From IMG/VR virus record IMGVR_UViG_3300008261_000001, positions 226,180 to 290,179 of that record: DNA of 64,000 nt. The stretch is one strand, 5' to 3'. The position numbers and the translations under genes are program-made. The first letter of the stretch is position 1. Each line of letters starts with the position of its first letter. Below, one piece after another: positions 28,801 through 38,400 of the stretch. The notes beneath the pieces are model-generated. The model had not been told where the DNA came from and did no database searches. It saw only the letters and a program-made list of their open reading frames with translations.

Positions 28801-29064
28801 CTAGAGAACGCGAGCTATTTCCCATCAGCTTTTGCCAAGAACTTGAGTGCGTTTTATCGGGACTACAAGACCTGTTTGCCTGCTTTGATGAAAATCACTT
28901 CGGACGAACACACGCTTTATCGCAAGGGTGAAGTAGTCCTTGTGGTGTTTGTTAAGACTAATCCGTGGGGTCAAGGGGTGTCTGTGGATATGAGAGAAGA
29001 TGAAACAAACCTCGTAGTGGCTTGTGTCTATCGCACACGCCATCTCATGTTGTTGGGAGACTGA
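25864..29064 (+). CDS. Tail fibre/baseplate protein (paralogue of 35472..40640)
   Basis: VVHQFARPLLDSELN, RTDFVFLE, RVQVQYRIRV, RPDGLFADEI. Confidence 0.7.
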   Translation: MTKYLSTVSRSLSPTDYAWDSVVHQFARPLLDSELNLSQDILSEKTRPDLPSGILTRYPINDNEVGFEFLKPTDGDFEPNVLRLKRFKALVAGKILDVKSTSSTTTINKVILPDPETTSGPGTNTKRTDFVFLEMWLQEVTPSMNARARLRAVGVLAGDTLTIGDGVNPDVVLTADTDFSVGASNPHTARNISEAINNYDGLNLGLTLGSVTITAETRGSDFLFILMTGGADGNNITFTPSSLSSIEVTNTSSGGTTGTGKPDANHVYYAGNVLSDSSLWLDDDIQDPNIATSSTRRVQVQYRIRVYSSTFFNPVTTPFGLDDGSIYAQGGAGSVVSPYIFSRHDTDYGLWIAGSGDLTSATDLNTVDGFVYAIPLCFVFRRNQADVGNGYGFNPYDDVNTGLLSTHDGTFTNAVICADPIPVGESDRPDGLFADEISEADVLDLRRRVFPQGVDYSSALEYQFHSLLDNTNRTWFLDESVFNTYGDSTGGISTTPMVCDVFGLEDLSSGNYKRDFDRIARRFSTAPLIERTTIVAYPQDSFTVAPFFVSPNGVSVTSAGGDPTKWFEGDEIIIDFQQLNARSNALWVNFEPGDPQTDNPSDYWISGTKVLDVGLCWHDDTDGSPTSTTNNRAKFSKIEILSETQVKLTLGRNAQLANRGNGVTPPAPTECLVGDSTGNTGSAYGLYIEVILEYPATDKGLTETPIGSLEPSVTAYPTGAVLNLPVGTMPHDDAENEKPLVYLADQRREVSIEYIGQAITTELVSISGTAVRLPYRVYYDGITPPTVEDISGGAEDGTLKTLILSECKFGQAETLLVWVADTITTPRLVSVTAYPLLPCVPTKVSYYLYYRAVCPQTCGTKVGSVSGYCPDELELQPLSVSRNITTLLQGAGASTSGYPFYAPYEQLGTSSLAETTYVYTEWGVLNGTEVYLDDLRINTGMVDLPSFVPFVSSVNITLGEITGGGVPTKDNEGRVVYPTLENASYFPSAFAKNLSAFYRDYKTCLPALMKITSDEHTLYRKGEVVLVVFVKTNPWGQGVSVDMREDETNLVVACVYRTRHLMLLGD

Positions 29065-29067
29065 GCC

Positions 29068-32000
29068 ATGCCTAAGAAATCCATAAACCGCAACGATGTG
29101 GTCATCTCTTCCAATAGGGGTACAGACGAGTCCTCTTGGTTGATTAATATCTTTAATAATCAGTCTGGGTCTTCTTCTGCTGATCAAGTCTCTAGCACTA
29201 ACCCTTTTGGGGCTTATCTAGGAGAAACTGTACAGTTCAACCTAGACGACTTAAGCTCTTCTGCTTTACAAAACCAACCTCCTCGTATTGGATACTCCCC
29301 CATAACATACACCAACCGCTTGGGTATGACCGCTTCCCATGACGGCAGACCCGATTGGGGTGGTGCCAAGATAAACGATCTGCCTACTTGGAAGTACTTA
29401 GGAAAGAAGTGGGCTGAAGAACGCGAAATGCCCCATAAGGGTGTGGGTGTGAAGCAGAGTGATGGATTGTATGGAGACTCAGCAGAGGAGCAATACAAAT
29501 ACATCAACGAAGGGGGCGTTTATGACACACTTTCCATTTCCTACAGGGACGAGGGTGCTAACTCCTTTTATGGGGTAGTCACACCCACAACACCTTTGCT
29601 TCCTCAGTTTAGCTCTGGGTTAAACACCGACATCCGACACGCTGTACCAAGACAAGCCTTTAACCTCGGATTAATGGATAACACCATCTATCCATTCTTG
29701 TACGGTTCATCAGGTATATCAGAGACACAATCGGATTTGTTCAACTCAGCCACAGGGTTAACTTTAGGCTTCACTGGAGACATAGCCACGGCATCGTTGG
29801 GTGTTAAGAACTCGTTAGAACCCTCTATGGTGGTAGTCCCATCGGCTCAGTCTTATGACCCCCTCAAGGCATATGACCTTTTAGATGCGACCGCTACGGA
29901 TAACGGCTTGGATAATGTAGGGCTTGTGGTGTCCGGCATAGTGTTCCCCGCAGATAGGGGTACGCTCGCTCTCATTAGATTTCCATCAGAAGAAGATGGT
30001 GTTAGTGGGTCTATCCTAACACCTGCGACTACAACTCAAGACATATTGGATAGAGTCGTAGCAGCGATAAATCTAGGACAAGGGGTAGGTCTTAATGACG
30101 GACAGCCAGGTGGGGATCTCTTTACTGACTTATCCAATATGGACTTCCCAAGTAGGATAACAGGTCAGTATGACCTATACGAGCTACACACGGGCAACTA
30201 TATTCCTCACTCGACCCGAACGGGATCTATCAGCGGGCTAACTGGTGATAAGTTCAAGGGGCAGGTAAGGCTTCTATCCGACCCTATGGCTTTCAATGTA
30301 AGCTCCCCCACAATAACAGGTGGGATACCAGTTCTGTTCTCTCCTTATGTGTGGGACACAGCGGGCGGAACACAAACGCTTAAAGAAGACCGCAACTTTC
30401 TGAGCTATAGGTTGCCGTTGTTGGCGGATTATTCCCCACAAGGCTTAAAGACCCCTAGCGTAGAGAGAGACAGATACTTCACCAAAAACCGACCCAATAA
30501 GGACGAGTACTTGGGGGACTATAATCCAGTCTTTGATACAGCGGGTGGTTATGTGACCTTTGGTGAAGCGGATAACTACAGCTATCAAGTGGCGAGATAC
30601 CGCCATGTGGTGACCCTCATTGAGGACTACATAGACCACATGACCAACACCGCAGGTGTGGAGGGTGAAAGCAACTTCGGTAGCTTTGCACTTATTCATT
30701 TTAAGACTGAGAGTGCCTTTGAACGCTTGGTTCGAGATGGTGTTTCACCTTCGGACAGCGAGGTTTACAGCAGAAATCTAATATCCTATTCTGACATTAA
30801 GCAGAACATTGGATACTCTTTAGGCACTACAGGTGATGATGGTTTATTGGATAGTTCTGAGTCTTTTGAGCGTAGTGCGAGCTTATCGGTTTTTAGGGCG
30901 AATGTGAGTTTTGAGCGTAGGGCGAATCCCCCATTGAAGTCCGCCATATCACACGAGACAAAGACAAGGGCTTATCATCCCACAATAGCGACTGCGACCA
31001 CATTGGATAGACTGAACAGCTATTTCATGTTCATGTCTGGGGTGGTTTACACACATCCCACAACACATACAGGCTACACAGGGCATAAAGCCACACGAGA
31101 TGACGATGCTGAGTTTGTTCTACCTGAGAGTATCCGTTATAGCCGTATGTCAACCAAGATAGGTGTTTGGCAAGAGGTCGTTCCCAACTTCGGTGGGACT
31201 TCTTACTCTTACACCTATTGGGACGGCACAGCGGAGTCTTCATCTACTCCCTTCGCCACAATCAGACCGCTCGCTCAAGCTCTATTGAGCGACTACACAG
31301 CACAAGACAACCTCTACGCCAACAGCTATGACTATCTTAGCGGTGATGCCTTCGCCACCGAGTTCGATTTCTCACCTAAGCACCAACAGATGTGGATCAC
31401 CTTACAGGGGTTCAATGGAGAGGACATAACAGCGGGGTATGTCTTTACTGAAGTTTATCCAACAGGTGACGCACCGAGAGCCATAGACGACTTGACCCTT
31501 TGGGATAAAAAGGACGGCTTGTGTGTGATGAGTTCTGTAGGTGGTAGGGCAAGTCTTTTGGTTAATAATCCGTATGTACAGCACAGCAACTCAGGTGTGG
31601 ACTATGTAAAAGACAGCGTAGAGTACTCGAACATACCCAAGACCCTCTACCATAGCTCGCGTAAGGTGTCCCTATTAGAACTTTATGGACACAGACTCGA
31701 CCCACAAGGCACAACAAGCTCTTTCGATGGGGCTACAGCGAGCATAGCACCCATAACGAGCGTGACCTATAGGGAAAACCCTGACTATCCATTTGGTGCT
31801 TATATTTGGGGTTCTAACGGCACAGACATTGTGTACAACGAGTTCAATCAGAACTTCAAGTATGTGTATTTATGGATAGATTGGGGTACGAATATATCCT
31901 TACCTTCGCCTAAGGCTATGGGGCAGTCTTTCGCTATCTACCGCTATGATGATGAGGGCTATAAGGTGTATCAAGACCTTGAGCTTTTACCCATAGGTGG

Positions 32001-34656
32001 TGATGAAGATAATGGATATGCTTTAGAGGCGTGTGCGGGTTGGGATTGGGTGTCCTCGTTGGACTTAGACTTAAATGTGAACTATCCATTTCGTTATCCA
32101 AACGACCGACCTGTGTTCAGGCCTACGGAGAACTCCAATACGGCTAGGTCTTCACTAAAGACTCATGCAGACGCTCGGTTCTTGGGTGTTTTGGGTGTGA
32201 CTTATTACATAGAGGTGTTGCCCTCTATTGATACGGATACATACAACAACCCTAGCGTTTGGGACGAGGTGACCCAAGTCTTGACTGTAAGGGACTCTGC
32301 AACGGCTACCTCAGCGGACGACTTATGTTTGGGCTTTAGTAGTGCTTTAGATACCCCTGCTAGTACCTATTACAACCTCTATTATCAGTACTCCACTATT
32401 GCTCTTACACAGCTTGAGACTCTCATCGCTAGTCCCCTATCTGCGGATCATCCATCTGCCAATACGGGTGCAATACTAGCTTTAAGAAAACTATCCATTA
32501 ACCCATCCACAGGGTCTTTGTCTTACACAGCGAGTCCTGTGGCGAACCCTCATCCCTATGCGACTTCGGTCAATAGCGATGGGACGATGAACTATGGATA
32601 CCGCATAATAGAAATCGCACCTACGGGTAGGAGACAACTGCCTGAGTATGGAAACCTCACAATGGATACAAGGGGTTTCATTAGCGTGTGTGGTGTGGGC
32701 AATCCGCCCGCTGATATAGGTGACGACATATTAGCTGTGTCGGATCCTTCTTACGCTCGCAGAGTTCCATTAAGGTCTTTGTTTACACTAAGGAAGGACA
32801 CACAAGAGAGGTTCTTAGACGAGTCCTACCGCGTAGAGTCATTGTTTACGAACTTGAACTCGGATACGCTCTCTTCGAGGTACAGCGTAAATATGGAGGA
32901 AAACCTAAGGGGACCAGGTGTACCCTATCCTACTGAGGGAGAGAACATAGCTGGTTACATCAGCTTCCCTGTAAGGGACGACTACTTTATTACAGCTTCA
33001 AACCCACAGAGTGGCGTACACGACTCAGAGTATAGCGTAGCCCCTCATGGAAAGGCTGGGTATTTGAGGAACAGCCTGCACTTACGGAGAATATCGAGCG
33101 ACTTTAGAGAAGCACAAGTGATGGGATTTCCCAATGCCACGAGAAATCTCTTAAGTGGCTCTCAGTATGGAACACCGCCACGAGGTGTCTTGGTTTATCC
33201 ATTTAATGATTTCCAAGACGCAACGAGCGTGTTTTTGGGAGAGGACTTAACGACCAACACGATGTTGCTTGCTAATCAGGGTTTTCACGCACCGAACTCT
33301 GAGGTCGCGAATGTAAACGCAGGAGATGGTTGGATAGACGACTTGGTTGCGACAGACCCCATTTTACGCCATGCCCAACCTCAGTACAACAACTTACCTC
33401 AAGGGGACTTAACGAGCGTAGATGTGAACTATGTGAGGGCTTTCGATGCCAACTTTGGAAAAGACCCTCGTTTAACCCCTCAACAGCCTTATTGGAATAA
33501 GGATTGGACAGAGACGACCACAAGTGGGGCTCTCGTCTATAGATCAGCCGAGTCCGCCCAAAACTCAGGCTTGATTGAAAAGGGCGACCTACAGCGTGTT
33601 AGCCTAGATGCAAGCGGAGTTATCCAATTTGCACCCTTAAAGCTAAGGCTTGTGGGTGTGGATTGGGACATGATTTCTTATGTGGATCCCAAGTTTCCAT
33701 TACAGCGTAGAGACGGATATGTGCATGAGATAGGTTCGGACTTGTATCTTATGCGTAAGAGGGTCATGCGTGTATTCGTTAAAGTGCCTGGCTTAACTTG
33801 TTGGTTAGATGTTGGTGTGATGGATGGGCAAGAGGGCGAGTCCTACTTACACTATGATGCTGACGAGAGCTTAATAGGTGGACGAGACCCCAATGGTTCA
33901 ACCTCTGAGAAGTCTCACCCCACAACAGACGGAGCTGGATGTTGTGTTCGCTATGTAGAGAAGTATCTACCTGCGGAGGGTGTGGTGTGCTTAGACTTGG
34001 ACTTAAATGTGGGGTTCATACCCTCGTTCAACAGCCGTTCAGTCACGAGCGAAGACACTTATTTGGGGATAACCACAACAATCGACTTACGCAAAGACAA
34101 CGCCATATCGGATACTTTGTTTGGGTTTGAGCCTGCACAAGACGAGTACATCATAGAGGCGAGGAGGGCATCGAACTACGAGGCACCTGTCTTGGTTAAG
34201 GTGATCTTATCCGACACTTCTTATCCAAAATACGAGGTGGATGGTGGGGGTGATCTTCTCGGACTCGGTGGGTTCACAACTTATCCAATAGGTGATTTGG
34301 GTGTGACGATAAAGGATATTAAGCCTGCACCGAACAAGAGCTATGTGGGTCAATCTTATCCGCCAGACGATAGGGCTCCTACATGGGCTAGGCGTGGTTT
34401 GATGGGTGTAGAAATCCTAAGACCAGATGGGAAGAACTACGATGGTGATTTGGCGGTGGATAGACCCGACTTTTGTGGTGTAAATCTGCATGACGATGTG
34501 GGGTTGTACTATTGGAAACAATCGGCAATAGGGACTTACGAGTGGTACTCGAAGGCTGAGTCTTCGATGACAAACGCGGTGACTTACACACATGAAACAG
34601 ATGCGGACACGCAAGTGTCTAGCTTAGACTCGCTAACCAATAAGGGAGAGGGTTAA
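29068..34656 (+). CDS. Large virion structural protein
   Basis: 1862-aa G/S/T/D/Y-rich ORF within the tail module. Confidence 0.6.
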   Translation: MPKKSINRNDVVISSNRGTDESSWLINIFNNQSGSSSADQVSSTNPFGAYLGETVQFNLDDLSSSALQNQPPRIGYSPITYTNRLGMTASHDGRPDWGGAKINDLPTWKYLGKKWAEEREMPHKGVGVKQSDGLYGDSAEEQYKYINEGGVYDTLSISYRDEGANSFYGVVTPTTPLLPQFSSGLNTDIRHAVPRQAFNLGLMDNTIYPFLYGSSGISETQSDLFNSATGLTLGFTGDIATASLGVKNSLEPSMVVVPSAQSYDPLKAYDLLDATATDNGLDNVGLVVSGIVFPADRGTLALIRFPSEEDGVSGSILTPATTTQDILDRVVAAINLGQGVGLNDGQPGGDLFTDLSNMDFPSRITGQYDLYELHTGNYIPHSTRTGSISGLTGDKFKGQVRLLSDPMAFNVSSPTITGGIPVLFSPYVWDTAGGTQTLKEDRNFLSYRLPLLADYSPQGLKTPSVERDRYFTKNRPNKDEYLGDYNPVFDTAGGYVTFGEADNYSYQVARYRHVVTLIEDYIDHMTNTAGVEGESNFGSFALIHFKTESAFERLVRDGVSPSDSEVYSRNLISYSDIKQNIGYSLGTTGDDGLLDSSESFERSASLSVFRANVSFERRANPPLKSAISHETKTRAYHPTIATATTLDRLNSYFMFMSGVVYTHPTTHTGYTGHKATRDDDAEFVLPESIRYSRMSTKIGVWQEVVPNFGGTSYSYTYWDGTAESSSTPFATIRPLAQALLSDYTAQDNLYANSYDYLSGDAFATEFDFSPKHQQMWITLQGFNGEDITAGYVFTEVYPTGDAPRAIDDLTLWDKKDGLCVMSSVGGRASLLVNNPYVQHSNSGVDYVKDSVEYSNIPKTLYHSSRKVSLLELYGHRLDPQGTTSSFDGATASIAPITSVTYRENPDYPFGAYIWGSNGTDIVYNEFNQNFKYVYLWIDWGTNISLPSPKAMGQSFAIYRYDDEGYKVYQDLELLPIGGDEDNGYALEACAGWDWVSSLDLDLNVNYPFRYPNDRPVFRPTENSNTARSSLKTHADARFLGVLGVTYYIEVLPSIDTDTYNNPSVWDEVTQVLTVRDSATATSADDLCLGFSSALDTPASTYYNLYYQYSTIALTQLETLIASPLSADHPSANTGAILALRKLSINPSTGSLSYTASPVANPHPYATSVNSDGTMNYGYRIIEIAPTGRRQLPEYGNLTMDTRGFISVCGVGNPPADIGDDILAVSDPSYARRVPLRSLFTLRKDTQERFLDESYRVESLFTNLNSDTLSSRYSVNMEENLRGPGVPYPTEGENIAGYISFPVRDDYFITASNPQSGVHDSEYSVAPHGKAGYLRNSLHLRRISSDFREAQVMGFPNATRNLLSGSQYGTPPRGVLVYPFNDFQDATSVFLGEDLTTNTMLLANQGFHAPNSEVANVNAGDGWIDDLVATDPILRHAQPQYNNLPQGDLTSVDVNYVRAFDANFGKDPRLTPQQPYWNKDWTETTTSGALVYRSAESAQNSGLIEKGDLQRVSLDASGVIQFAPLKLRLVGVDWDMISYVDPKFPLQRRDGYVHEIGSDLYLMRKRVMRVFVKVPGLTCWLDVGVMDGQEGESYLHYDADESLIGGRDPNGSTSEKSHPTTDGAGCCVRYVEKYLPAEGVVCLDLDLNVGFIPSFNSRSVTSEDTYLGITTTIDLRKDNAISDTLFGFEPAQDEYIIEARRASNYEAPVLVKVILSDTSYPKYEVDGGGDLLGLGGFTTYPIGDLGVTIKDIKPAPNKSYVGQSYPPDDRAPTWARRGLMGVEILRPDGKNYDGDLAVDRPDFCGVNLHDDVGLYYWKQSAIGTYEWYSKAESSMTNAVTYTHETDADTQVSSLDSLTNKGEG

Positions 34657-34660
34657 TCTA

Positions 34661-35458
34661 ATGCCAGCGATATTTGAACGCTCAACTGAAAGGTTGATCC
34701 AAGTCATCCCCAACTATCCATCTTCTTTGGAAATGGTAGGGAAGTATGTGGTGGATTATCCAGACTATATGAACCTAGACATAGATGGGTTGGACATCAC
34801 AGCGAGCGTGGTCGCAATAAAGGCAGATATCCTATCGGCTAAGGACACGATTATGGAGTCTACTTTTAGCAACTACAAACACATATTAACCAACAACTTA
34901 GAGGACTTAGCGTCTGTGGATCCTAGCTCTGATTTGGGTTTTGAGTTAGACCAAGTTTTTCCGTGGGCTACAACAGGAGAGTTTTTGGAGAGTGGGGTAA
35001 AGATATCTGACTCCCCCAACTGTGTGGCGGTTATGGGTCGTTATCCAACTGTGAACCATGTGTCCGCTGGGGTGGCTGTAAACGACGACACCCTTACAGG
35101 TGGACACGCTTTGATTACTAAAGAAATAGACATAACGAGCTATACTGCTGATGGTTTGGGACGGTCTGACTATATGGTGTATTTTAGGGGTGCTTTGAAG
35201 TCTTATGTTAAAGACATAACGCCTTTAGAGGGCGTTAACAGTGAAGGGGTGAGGGGGGGTTTGTTTTACACCCAAACGGATAAGTCTTCTGAGTTAAAAC
35301 TTAGATTGTTTATATCGGCAGATAATGGAAACAGCTACCAAGAAATGGATAGTTTAAGTCCATTTCAGTTTCCATCGAGTAAGGACAAGATAAGGTTAGC
35401 TTTTGTGAACTTCACGAATGTAGACCTACACCTCCTCTCTTTCACATTGATGTTCTGA
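34661..35458 (+). CDS. Putative structural protein
   Basis: ISADNGNSY motif; lies in the tail operon. Confidence 0.55.
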   Translation: MPAIFERSTERLIQVIPNYPSSLEMVGKYVVDYPDYMNLDIDGLDITASVVAIKADILSAKDTIMESTFSNYKHILTNNLEDLASVDPSSDLGFELDQVFPWATTGEFLESGVKISDSPNCVAVMGRYPTVNHVSAGVAVNDDTLTGGHALITKEIDITSYTADGLGRSDYMVYFRGALKSYVKDITPLEGVNSEGVRGGLFYTQTDKSSELKLRLFISADNGNSYQEMDSLSPFQFPSSKDKIRLAFVNFTNVDLHLLSFTLMF

Positions 35459-35471
35459 AAGGGCAGATAAC

Positions 35472-38400
35472 ATGGCGAATGACAACTATGGATCGAGCGT
35501 AAGTAGAACACTAGCCACGGACAACACTCGTTTTTCTGGCGTTGTGTGGCAAGCAGGGAAACCACCCCTCGACTCAGAGCTAAACCTCGTGGGTCAACTC
35601 GCTTGGGAAAACCAAGCGGATATGCTCAGAACTCTGACGCATAGCGGATTTTTACTAGACCCTCGCAACCCACAACAAGATTTTGTATTCGACCCCCTCT
35701 GGTCGAACTACTTTGAAGTGGGGAACTCGACAACACCACTTCATGCCTTAGTTAACGGTTGGGTTATCCCCTTAGCAGGAAGCGACTCCGACAACTCTGT
35801 TCTACCGCTGTCTATTAAGCTACCTCCGCCCCCAGCCACAGGCTCTAGAACTGACTTTGTGTTCCTAGAGGTGTGGAAGGCTATCATACCTGAGGGTGTG
35901 GCGAGCGTGATTAAGCCTGCTGACGGATTCATTTACGAGAGAGGAAATGTCGTAAATGGAAAGGCAGTAGAAGACGAGCTAGTCGATCCTGAGGTTGGCT
36001 TTGAAACCACAAAGCGTGTGCAAGTGCAGTACCGCATAAGGGTCGAAGCAGGTGTGGACTTAACCACCTATGTGGAAGGCTTCTACCCTAGCCTCTATGG
36101 GCAAGGTCCTAGCTCGGTAGCCAGTGGGGGGGAGTTCTTAAATGACACCTCGGATAAAGGACTTTGGAGGTCTGTACACACAGATACGGCAGATGGCTAT
36201 GTGTACGCCTTGCCCATAGGGGCTGTCTTTAGACGGAACTCAACTCCGTATTTAATGAAAGACCCCACAGGTGGTAATCAAAACGGAGCGGTCAATCGCA
36301 AGCCCTCATCATCTTCTGTAGATGACGCAACTATCCTTGTGCAAGCAGAGCTAGGTTCTCAACTATCCGCTTCGTACACGGGTAGCTTTGGTTTATCCAA
36401 TTTGGAGAACTCTGGTATAGATGACGCGGACTTTATGGATACAAATCCTCGTTTGTTGGTCATAGGTGAGGGTTTGGAAGCTGAAGTGGTGGCTATAACG
36501 GCAGTAGGTAGTACCTCTGTGACTATATCGGAGAGGGGCAGAGCAGGAACTCAAGCGAAGCTACACACAGCAGGTGCAAAAGTATCCGTTTATAACGGCA
36601 GACCAGATGGTAAGTACGCGGACGAGATACACCCACTAGATTTCTTAGACATGAGACACGCAGTTCGTGTGGGCGAGTGGGACTATCAGTCCATGCTTGT
36701 TAACGCTGTCTCAGATTTGTTAAATAACAATTTACGCACTACACAGAAGCAGAACTCTTTAGGGGCGGATAGTAGGGGTGTGTGTGTAGAGGAGGTGAGC
36801 CTATTGCACCATACGGCAGTGAACAATACGCATAAGCTAGATGCTCCGAACGGCATAAGAAGCGTATGGTCAGATGGTGCAGTAGCTCAGTATGGGATAA
36901 CGCTGTATTTAGACCCAAGTGTGGCTGTGGACACAAGGGGTTTATCTACCGCAACTCTGGACTCTACAGAGGCAGGATTCTGGGCTATTGGTGCTGATGT
37001 ACAACCCAATGCCTTCTTATATCCATCAGGTTTGGATAAGGGCTCGGTTATATTCCTCTCTTTGGATAACTCAGAGGGCAATATATCTTATGGGGTGAAG
37101 GGTACTACGCCCAACAAAAGGGGTGTGAGGCTCATCTCTCCTCTAGAGAACTCTTATGAGAGTCGTTATTACAACACAGCACCTCCTGTAAAGATAGAGC
37201 TAAAGGGCGATGAAACCGAGTATTATCCAAAATCTACGGAGCAGTACGAAGCTCCGTTTGTCGTGTTGGGAGATCAGCTTAGTTCTGTAGACTTCTTAGC
37301 GGATACGACCAACAACATAGCGACTCTGTATTTGTCTGAGGTTAACTACTCTTCAGCGAGCCATGAGTCTCTTGGGACATTCGACAATCAGATTAAGGTG
37401 TATGCTTTTAAGACGGGGACCACTTACAACTCCGTGTGGGCATCCACGAGCCTATACAGTGGAGAGACAACTTACACTGATCTGATTCTTAAGAGTGGAG
37501 AGGACTTATCTGGTCGTAGTTCTGAGCTTTATGCTTTGGTGTATGGAGATCCGAACAATCAAGACAACAATGGCTTGTTTAGGGTTATCTCAGCGGGCGT
37601 GGTAAACGAGACAACCTTTTACACCAATACTTCGGGTGCGGTATGGACACCTGCGGACAGAGAAGAATGGATAGTTTGTTTACCTGTGGGTGACAACTCG
37701 GCAAGAACACCCGTTAACTCTGGTGTGAGTTTGACTTTGGAACTGAGGACTCAGCACCTCAGAGACACGGATACTTCGGCAGTTATTGCCATCACCTCTT
37801 CTGATTTAGCCACCTCAGATCCGTTTTACTTGAGCTTTGCTATCCAATATCCTGCGGGACTCGGTGGTACAGCGAGCGTAGCGGATGACATTCACTTCAT
37901 AGGTGTCCAACCATCGGATACAACTTCGTTTCTTAGGAACGCTATTTCCGCTTTAGACCCAACACCAGGTGAAGTACCCTCTCTCAATACAGATGAGATC
38001 GCCTTACCAAGTAAGAATCACATCAGCTTCTGGAACAGACTTGGGAGCAATGGATGGGGTACGAGAGCTGGTTTGAACTTGGTTTATGGCGGTCGTGTTG
38101 TAAATAACGAGATAGACAGAGAGAGCGAAGCGTTTTATGATGCGGGAAGTAAGACGCTTTTATTACAGGCTTATCAGAATAAGTCTGTTATTCTCCACAC
38201 AAAGCAACAGGCGAGTGCTGTAATCCCCTCTGCATATGCAGACTCAACCCCAACGGATGACGCTGGTATCTTCGAGACGACTCATAGGGGTGTGTTTATC
38301 CTCCCTCAGACGGTCATGCCTCGGTTTGGCAGACAAGATATCCCAATGCACACCTATTTAGGGAGTGGGGACTCGTTTTTGAGTGGGCTTAACCACTTAT

